A stretch of DNA of 40,326 nt, taken from NCBI GenBank assembly GCA_002938045.1, contig PTLJ01000001.1, positions 1 to 40,326 of the forward strand, read 5' to 3'. The notes below the pieces were generated by a model that worked only from the letters and a program-made list of their open reading frames with translations, did not search any database and was not told where the DNA came from. A program made the position numbers and the translations under genes. Positions 34,241 to 40,326 of this stretch are shown in pieces; the stretch's first letter is position 1; every line of letters begins with the position of its first letter. This stretch comes from Alphaproteobacteria bacterium MarineAlpha3_Bin4. GTDB taxonomy: Bacteria; Pseudomonadota; Alphaproteobacteria; Rhodospirillales; Casp-alpha2.

Positions 34241-36199
34241 ATGGTCATGCTTGATAGATTATTGACCCCATCGGAGGAGGTGCGGGCCTCTGATGAACGC
34301 CAGATCGAAGGAACGATTGAGGAAGCAAAGAACTGGCTCGTAGGGTGTCAGGCGGACGACGGCCATTGGGCGTTCGAGCTCGAGGCCGATGCGACAATCC
34401 CGTCGGAGTATATTTTTCTTAACCATTTCCTGGGTGATATTGACGACGAGACGGAACAGAGCTTCGCTCGCTATTTGCTCTCGATCCAGGGTAAGCATGG
34501 CGGTTGGCCGCTCTATTACGAGGGCGATTTCAACATCAGCGCCTCGGTCAAGGCCTACTATGCCCTGAAACTGGTTGGCAGTGACCCAGACGAACCGCAC
34601 ATGGTCCGCGCGCGCGAAGCTATCCTCGCCCGCGGCGGTGCCGCCAAGTCAAACGTCTTCACCCGCATAGCGCTGGCGCTGTTCGGGCAGGTGCCATGGC
34701 GGGCGGTGCCAGTGAACCGCGTCGAGGCGATGCTGCTGCCGAGATGGGCGCCGTTCCATATCGACAAGGTTTCCTACTGGTCGCGGACAGTGATGGTGCC
34801 GTTGTTCATCCTCACCTCGCTTAAGCCGAAGGCGGTCAATCCGCGCGGTGTCGACATCGCCGAACTGTTCACGAGGCCGCCTGAGGTCGAGCGGAACTAC
34901 ATGGTCAACCCAACCGGTCACTGGATCGGCGACGTCTTCCTCTCCATCGACAGAATAATGCAATTGGCCGATTGCCATATGCCGAAGAGCCTGGAGCGCA
35001 AGGCGATCAAAAAGGCACTCGATTTCATCAAGGATCGGCTCAACGGCGAGGATGGACTAGGGGGCATCTTCCCAGCCATGGCCAATACTGTAATGGCCTA
35101 CCATGCGCTCGGGTATCCACGTGACCACGAGGACTACGTCACTGCGCGCGCCTCGATCGAAAAGCTGTTGGTGAAGCGCAACGAGGCCGGGTATTGCCAG
35201 CCGTGCCTGTCACCGGTGTGGGACACGGGCCTCGCGTGTCATGCCTTGCTCGAGGCCGGTGTCGATGGCGATGATCCGCTCCTCGAAGGGGCCGCCGAGT
35301 GGTTCGAGGGACGGCAGATTCTCGATGTCAAGGGCGACTGGAAAGGCAATCGCGGGCATCTCCGGCCCGGCGGCTGGGCGTTCCAGTACTGGAACGCCCA
35401 CTATCCCGACGTCGACGACACGGCTGTCGTGGTCATGGCCCTGCATCGCGCCAACCCAGAGAAATACCGCAACGCCATCGAGCGGGGCACCGAGTGGATC
35501 ATCGGCATGCAGAGCAAGAATGGCGGTTGGGGCGCATTCGATGCCGATAACGAACATTATTTCCTGCAGCATATCCCGTTCGCCGATCACGGCGCGCTTC
35601 TCGATCCGCCGACGGCCGACGTTAGTGCGCGCTGCGTCGGCATGTTGGCGCAGCTTGGCTACGAACGCCACGTTCCGGTGATGTCCAAGGCGCTTTCCTA
35701 TCTTAAGCGCGAGCAAGAGGACGATGGATCGTGGTTCGGCCGCTGGGGCAATAACTACGTCTATGGCACGTGGTCCGTGTTGTGCTCGTTGAACGCCGCT
35801 GATGAGGACATGACCACGACCTATGTGCAAAAGGCGGTCGAGTGGCTGAAAACGCGCCAACGCCCGGACGGTGGCTGGGGCGAGGACTGCGCCAGTTATT
35901 GGCAACATCGCCGCGATGAGGTCAAGAACAGCACGCCGTCGCAGACGGCCTGGGCAGTTCTCGGGTTGATGGCAGCCGGTGAGGTCGATAGCGTCGCTGT
36001 CAAGGGGGGTATCGATTATCTGATGAATGCCACTCGCGACGGCGGCAAATGGCAGGAGGAATACACTAACGCGGTCGGCTTCCCGCGCGTTTTCTATCTG
36101 CGCTATCACGGCTACAGCGCCTATTTTCCGCTTTGGACCCTGGCTCGTTACCGGAACCTTCAGAAGCGCAACGACACGTTCCCCAAATACGGGATGTGA
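34241..36199 (+). CDS. shc: Squalene-hopene cyclase
   Basis: 652 aa. Catalytic DVDDTA at 35408-35425. Repeated QW-type motifs (e.g. QADDGHW, QSKNGGWG, REQEDDGSWFGRWG, RQRPDGGWGE). Confidence 0.96.
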   Translation: MVMLDRLLTPSEEVRASDERQIEGTIEEAKNWLVGCQADDGHWAFELEADATIPSEYIFLNHFLGDIDDETEQSFARYLLSIQGKHGGWPLYYEGDFNISASVKAYYALKLVGSDPDEPHMVRAREAILARGGAAKSNVFTRIALALFGQVPWRAVPVNRVEAMLLPRWAPFHIDKVSYWSRTVMVPLFILTSLKPKAVNPRGVDIAELFTRPPEVERNYMVNPTGHWIGDVFLSIDRIMQLADCHMPKSLERKAIKKALDFIKDRLNGEDGLGGIFPAMANTVMAYHALGYPRDHEDYVTARASIEKLLVKRNEAGYCQPCLSPVWDTGLACHALLEAGVDGDDPLLEGAAEWFEGRQILDVKGDWKGNRGHLRPGGWAFQYWNAHYPDVDDTAVVVMALHRANPEKYRNAIERGTEWIIGMQSKNGGWGAFDADNEHYFLQHIPFADHGALLDPPTADVSARCVGMLAQLGYERHVPVMSKALSYLKREQEDDGSWFGRWGNNYVYGTWSVLCSLNAADEDMTTTYVQKAVEWLKTRQRPDGGWGEDCASYWQHRRDEVKNSTPSQTAWAVLGLMAAGEVDSVAVKGGIDYLMNATRDGGKWQEEYTNAVGFPRVFYLRYHGYSAYFPLWTLARYRNLQKRNDTFPKYGM

Positions 36200-36202
36200 G
36201 TA

Positions 36203-36883
36203 ATGCGGGTGGGCGTGGTCACAGGTCTCACCCGCGAAGAGGACTGCCTGAAAGGGCTACCCAAGGCAGGTGAGTCGTTCGTTAGTTTCTCCGGCTCCGG
36301 ACCCGAGAGGGCCAAGGCCGGCGCGCAAGCACTGATCACCGCCGGCGCCGGGGCGCTGATGAGCTTCGGCGTCGCCGGCGGCCTTTCCTCCGATGCTGTC
36401 GCCGGCGCGGTTGTTCTCGGCACCGAAGTCGTCTTCGGCGACCAACGACTTATCGCTTCCAAGACGTGGCGCCGGAGCATCCGAGAAGCAACGGCGGTTG
36501 GCCTCAACGTGCTCGAGGGAAGCGTCGCCGGTTGTGATACGGTTGTCCCTACAGCAGCCGAAAAAGGCGCGTTGCACAAGCGAACCGGTGCCCTCGTCTG
36601 CGACATGGAGAGCCATGCCGTCGCGCGTGTTGCGGCTGGGGCGGGAGTACCGCTGATGATCGTGCGCGCAGTATCGGACGCGCACGACCGCGAGGTACCG
36701 AGATGGGTGCTGAATTCTATTAGACACGACGGCAGTGTGCGCGTCGGTCCGATGCTGGGAAACCTCGCCTGCCAGCCGTGGGCGCTACCACGGCTCCTCA
36801 CTCTCGCCAGGGAAACGTCCAGCGCCTTAGATGCGCTAGGCCGCGTTGCTCGACTGTTGGGACCCGGTTTGGGCTTGCCCTAG
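36203..36883 (+). CDS. hpnG: Hopanoid-associated phosphorylase/nucleosidase HpnG (adenosylhopane nucleosidase, PNP/MTAN fold)
   Basis: 226 aa. Has the VCDMESHAVA nucleosidase motif. ATG 3 nt after the shc stop. Confidence 0.8.
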   Translation: MRVGVVTGLTREEDCLKGLPKAGESFVSFSGSGPERAKAGAQALITAGAGALMSFGVAGGLSSDAVAGAVVLGTEVVFGDQRLIASKTWRRSIREATAVGLNVLEGSVAGCDTVVPTAAEKGALHKRTGALVCDMESHAVARVAAGAGVPLMIVRAVSDAHDREVPRWVLNSIRHDGSVRVGPMLGNLACQPWALPRLLTLARETSSALDALGRVARLLGPGLGLP

Positions 36884-38002
36884 GGCCTCTTCCTCTTCTC
36901 GTTTCTGGGTCAAGGTCTTGACCAGGCCCTCGAAAACAAACTCCGCAGGGCGCTGGTTGTCCAGCGGGATCTCCGGAGCCATCGGCCTTTCCGTGTTGAC
37001 ACCGCGGATTAACACGCCGAGTGCTTTGAGCGGATGCGACAGGGTGTCGTTGACGGCCGTCGCTTCGTAGCCGCAGTGGACCATACAGTTGGCGCACTTC
37101 TCGTAGCGCCCGGTGCCATATTGATCCCATGCGGTGTCGTCCATCAACTGCCGGAAGCTGTCGGCGTACCCTTCGCCAAGTAGGTAGCACGGCCGCTGCC
37201 AGCCGAAGATGTTCCGCGTTGGGTTGCCCCACGGTGTGCATTCGTAGGTTTGGTTGCCGGCCAGGAAGTCTTTGAACAGAGTCGATTGCGTAAACCGCCA
37301 CTTACATGCGCCTTGGCGCTTGAAGATGTCGCGGAATAACTGCTTGGTCTTGCGGCGGCTCAGAAATTGCTCCTGATCGGGCGCACGTTCATAAGCGTAA
37401 CCAGGCGACACCGTGATGCCCTCGACGTCAAGGTCATTGATTGCAAAGTCGAAGAACTTAGCCGTCTCTTCCGCTGTCATCTGATCGAACAGGGTACAGT
37501 TTACATTGACCCGGAAGCCGCGCGCTTTGGCGGCGCGGATCGCCGAAACAGCCCGCTTAAATACGCCTTTTTGTGCCACCGCGCGGTCGTGGTGTTCTTC
37601 CATACCGTCGAGATGGACGGAAAAAGTGAGATAGGACGATGGCGTGAAGTGGTTGAGCTTCTTTTCCATCAATAGTGCATTGGTACAGAGATAGACGAAC
37701 TTTTTGCGCGCTACGATACCGTCGACGATTTCTTTGATCTCCTTGTGGATCAGAGGTTCGCCACCCGGAATGGAAACCACCGGCGCGCCGCATTCGTCGA
37801 CCGCGTCAAGGCATTCGCGCACGCTCAGCCGTTTGTCGAGGATACGGTCCTCGTAATCGATCTTGCCGCAGCCGACGCACGCCAGATTGCAGCGGAAGAG
37901 TGGTTCCAGCATCAGAACCAGCGGGTAGCGTTTTACCCCTATCAGACGCTGCTTGAGCACATAGGTGCCAACACGAATCTGTTGAATCAGGGGTACGGCC
38001 AT
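36836..38002 (-). CDS. hpnH: Radical SAM adenosylhopane synthase HpnH
   Basis: The CNLACVGC radical-SAM cluster motif was verified at 37868-37891. The N-terminus MAVPLIQQIRVGTYV begins at ATG 38002 (GGAG 10 nt upstream). The track TTG 38011 lies only 1 nt from that SD. Confidence 0.92.
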   Translation of the reverse strand: MAVPLIQQIRVGTYVLKQRLIGVKRYPLVLMLEPLFRCNLACVGCGKIDYEDRILDKRLSVRECLDAVDECGAPVVSIPGGEPLIHKEIKEIVDGIVARKKFVYLCTNALLMEKKLNHFTPSSYLTFSVHLDGMEEHHDRAVAQKGVFKRAVSAIRAAKARGFRVNVNCTLFDQMTAEETAKFFDFAINDLDVEGITVSPGYAYERAPDQEQFLSRRKTKQLFRDIFKRQGACKWRFTQSTLFKDFLAGNQTYECTPWGNPTRNIFGWQRPCYLLGEGYADSFRQLMDDTAWDQYGTGRYEKCANCMVHCGYEATAVNDTLSHPLKALGVLIRGVNTERPMAPEIPLDNQRPAEFVFEGLVKTLTQKREEEEALGQAQTGSQQSSNAA

Positions 38003-38025
38003 GGGAAACAATCTCCGACAACGCG

Positions 38026-38982
38026 CTAGGCGTGCGTCGCTGTGGCTGAAACCGCGAGCTCTGGCGGCAGTTTGAAGATGATGCTCTCGTCTACGCCGGC
38101 AAGCTCATGCAGTTCGACCTCGCCGAAATCAGCCAGGCGCTGGATCAACCCTTGCACCAACTCTTCCGGTGCGGAAGCGCCGGCGGTGACGCCTACCGAC
38201 GATACGCCGTCGAGCCAGCTGGGATCAAGCGAGTCGGCGTCCTCGACCAGGTAGCTCGGCTTGCCTAACTCGACGCCGACATCGCGCAGCCGGTTGGAAT
38301 TGGAGCTGTTCGATGCGCCGACGACGAGTAGAAGATCGACCTGGGAGGCTAGATCTCGCACCGCCTGCTGGCGGTTCTGGGTGGCGTAGCAGATATCCTT
38401 GACGTCGGGACCGACGATTTTCGGAAAGCGCTTCTTCAATGCATCGATGATGTCGCGGGTCTCGTCGACGCTTAACGTCGTTTGGGTCACATAGGAAAGC
38501 TTATTCGCGTCGCGTACTGCTAGGCTGGCGACATCCTCCGCCGTTGTGATTAGGAGAACTCCGCCGGGAATGCGTCCCTGTGTTCCCTCCACCTCGGGAT
38601 GGCCGGCGTGACCGATGAGAATGACCTCGCGGCCCTTTTTTGCGTGGTTCTGGCCTTCCTTGTGTACCTTTGATACCAACGGGCAGGTTGCATCGATGAC
38701 CGGCAAGTTACGCTCTTTGGCCGCGTTTTCGACAACCTCGGAGACGCCGTGCGCGCTAAACACCGTATGCGCTCCCTCGGGGATATCGCTGACCTCCTCG
38801 ACGAACACGGCCCCCTTGGCGCGTAGGGATTCGACCACATGCTTGTTGTGGACAATTTCGTGACGGACAAAAACGGGTGGTCCGTAACGTTCCAGGGCGC
38901 GCTCGACGATTTCAATCGCGCGTTCTACGCCGGCGCAAAACCCGCGTGGGCTGGCCAACAAGACCTTAAGAGATCTTTTCAT
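38026..38982 (-). CDS. ispH: 4-hydroxy-3-methylbut-2-enyl diphosphate reductase
   Basis: Three conserved Fe-S Cys contexts: PRGFCAGVERAI, DATCPLVSKVH and ICYATQNRQ. ATG 38982 (MKRSLKVLLASPRGFC) is preferred over the track TTG 39033. Confidence 0.92.
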   Translation of the reverse strand: MKRSLKVLLASPRGFCAGVERAIEIVERALERYGPPVFVRHEIVHNKHVVESLRAKGAVFVEEVSDIPEGAHTVFSAHGVSEVVENAAKERNLPVIDATCPLVSKVHKEGQNHAKKGREVILIGHAGHPEVEGTQGRIPGGVLLITTAEDVASLAVRDANKLSYVTQTTLSVDETRDIIDALKKRFPKIVGPDVKDICYATQNRQQAVRDLASQVDLLLVVGASNSSNSNRLRDVGVELGKPSYLVEDADSLDPSWLDGVSSVGVTAGASAPEELVQGLIQRLADFGEVELHELAGVDESIIFKLPPELAVSATATHA

Positions 38983-39146
38983 ATCAATACTCTGTGAAAT
39001 CGAGTTCTTTTTCGCGCTATCCCATGACGCCAAGCCAAACCTCCGAGAACACGCCTCTATTCAAGATAGATGTTAAACCGCCACAGGTGAACCCCGATCG
39101 TCGGCTTTTTAAAGGAATTTGTTTGAATGTCCAGTATCATTGGGGC

Positions 39147-39167
39147 CTTTACCCCTGCTGGGTAAAG
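39147..39167. promoter_or_regulatory. Perfect 8-bp inverted repeat (CTTTACCC-CTGCT-GGGTAAAG) 25 nt upstream of hpnA; candidate operator or 5'-UTR hairpin
   Basis: Read directly from the sequence. Located in the divergent ispH-hpnH / hpnA intergenic region. Function unknown. Confidence 0.3.
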
Positions 39168-39192
39168 AATATTTGATTGGAGACACCGTTTC

Positions 39193-40179
39193 ATGATGCT
39201 TGTCACTGGCGCATCGGGTTTCGTCGGATCAGCGGTTCTCCGCCGCCTGATCGAAGCAGGTGAGCGGGTGCGCGCCTTGGTCCGGCCGACCAGCGAGCGC
39301 AGGAACCTCGACGGAATCGACGTCGAAATCGTTGAGGGCGACCTGTCTTTGCCAAAGACGCTGCGGGCTGGGCTGGACGGCTGCAAGGGGCTTTATCACG
39401 TCGCCGCCGACTATCGTCTTTGGACTCGCGAGCCGAGGAAGATGCTTGATACAAATGTCGACGGCACCCGCGCCATCATGCTCGCAGCAGCTGAGGCCGG
39501 CGTCGAACGGATCGTCTATACCTCGAGCGTGGCGACCCTCGGAATGGTGTCCAGCGGCGTTGCGGACGAGGAAACGCCGGTCGGTTTCGAGGACATGATC
39601 GGCGTCTACAAACAGTCGAAATACCTGGCCGAGCAGGAAGTCCTATCATTGTTCTGTGGCGACGGCCTACCCGTCGTCATCGTCAACCCGTCGACGCCGA
39701 TCGGCCCTCGCGACATCAAGCCGACCCCGACAGGCCGAATGGTCGTCGAGGCAGCCTCGGGGCGGATGCCGGCCTATGTCGATACCGGCCTCAACGTTGT
39801 CCATGTCGATGACGTCGCCGATGGTCATCTTCTCGCCTATGGGAAAGGGGTGCTTGGCGAACGCTATGTCCTCGGCGGAGAGAACATGGAGCTCAGCGAA
39901 ATCTTACGTGTCGTCGCAGCGCAGACTGGCGGCAAAGCGCCCAAGGTTAAGATCCCGCACGGCGTTGTCATGCCGCTCGCCTATGGGGCGGAGGCCTGGA
40001 CCTGGCTGACCGGCGGCAAAGAGCCGTTCGTGACGGTCGATGCCGTCAGGATGGCGCGCAAAAAGATGTTCTTTGCCAGCGACAAGGCCATCCGCGATTT
40101 AGGATACGCTCCGCGGCCGGCGGAAACGGCGATAAGAGACGCCGTCGCCTGGTTCGCCAACAACGGTTATCTGGGCTGA
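39193..40179 (+). CDS. hpnA: Hopanoid-associated NAD-dependent sugar epimerase/reductase HpnA (extended SDR)
   Basis: 328 aa. VTGASGFVGSAV Rossmann motif and YKQSK catalytic YxxxK. GGAG SD. Located in the hpn locus. Confidence 0.85.
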   Translation: MMLVTGASGFVGSAVLRRLIEAGERVRALVRPTSERRNLDGIDVEIVEGDLSLPKTLRAGLDGCKGLYHVAADYRLWTREPRKMLDTNVDGTRAIMLAAAEAGVERIVYTSSVATLGMVSSGVADEETPVGFEDMIGVYKQSKYLAEQEVLSLFCGDGLPVVIVNPSTPIGPRDIKPTPTGRMVVEAASGRMPAYVDTGLNVVHVDDVADGHLLAYGKGVLGERYVLGGENMELSEILRVVAAQTGGKAPKVKIPHGVVMPLAYGAEAWTWLTGGKEPFVTVDAVRMARKKMFFASDKAIRDLGYAPRPAETAIRDAVAWFANNGYLG

Positions 40180-40277
40180 TCATTGGTGCAGCGGCGCGAT
40201 AGGGTGCTTGTTGAACGGCAGCACGATCTCTATTGATCGCGTTCGGCCGGGCACGACAGGAAATCAAGGCGAGGCTG

Positions 40278-40326
40278 ATGAAGGCACTGATGTTGGCAGC
40301 AGGCATCTCGCGCCGTCTCTACGGCG
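40278..40326 (+). CDS. Start of a possible nucleotidyltransferase-like protein (partial, runs off the window end)
   Basis: Manual translation from ATG 40278 gives MKALMLAAGISRRLYG. This resembles the LAAG.G.RL N-terminal motif of NTP-transferases. An AAGGCGAGG SD-like sequence lies upstream. Only 16 codons are visible. Confidence 0.3.
   Translation, partial: MKALMLAAGISRRLYG

Noticed and set aside
39057-39386. 109-aa minus-strand ORF overlapping the hpnA start and the divergent promoter region.
   Set aside because: It is Arg/Ser/Pro-rich and low-complexity, overlaps the strongly supported hpnA N-terminus (GASGFVGS Rossmann motif), and has no SD.
1-40326. CRISPR arrays, tandem or interspersed repeats, IS elements, integrases, and toxin-antitoxin or restriction/defence genes.
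   Set aside because: I saw no direct-repeat/spacer periodicity, no transposase or recombinase motifs, and no terminal inverted repeats flanking any block. Gene content is metabolic and envelope-related throughout. Only the weak RelE/ParE-like tail at 28869-29063 was noted, and it is not supported.

Overview
This is a 40.3-kb, high-GC, gene-dense bacterial chromosomal segment. Gene content and synteny look alphaproteobacterial, but that is inference. I can support about 38 protein-coding genes. By eye I found no rRNA or tRNA genes, no CRISPR array, no transposase, integrase or phage genes, and no recognisable defence genes. Layout: (i) 1-1333, two tandem Zn-dependent MDR dehydrogenases. (ii) 1570-5748, minus strand, tightly packed tetR, a WD40/cytochrome c fusion, an HDAC-like amidohydrolase, xseB and ispA. 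(iii) 5821-10815, a TetR-operator-like palindrome followed by an MFP + RND efflux pump and an ICMT-like membrane methyltransferase. (iv) 10903-17208, small-acid catabolic genes: an FAH-family hydrolase tightly linked to a LeuC/LeuD-like dehydratase pair, a TcuA-like flavoprotein plus hotdog thioesterase, and an amidase. (v) 17441-22067, a four-gene GldA/GldF/GldG-like ABC system with a DUF4340-like anchored protein. (vi) 22223-23367, an arsC-aqpS arsenic module. (vii) 23555-28897, a split UxaA-family enzyme (SuyAB-like) with an Ldh_2 dehydrogenase (ComC-like), an Fe-ADH (HOT-like) and a DadA-like flavoprotein. (viii) 29255-40179, a complete hopanoid locus: hpnM-like, hpnC, hpnB, hpnD, hpnE, shc and hpnG, then convergent ispH-hpnH and divergent hpnA. 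The hopanoid locus is the dominant system here, but it is a described pathway. The least understood pieces are the periplasmic WD40-cytochrome c fusion, the GldG/DUF4340 ABC system, and the possible sulfolactate module. I found no convincing evidence for a wholly undescribed system. All functional calls come from recognising motifs and families by eye; no searches were run.
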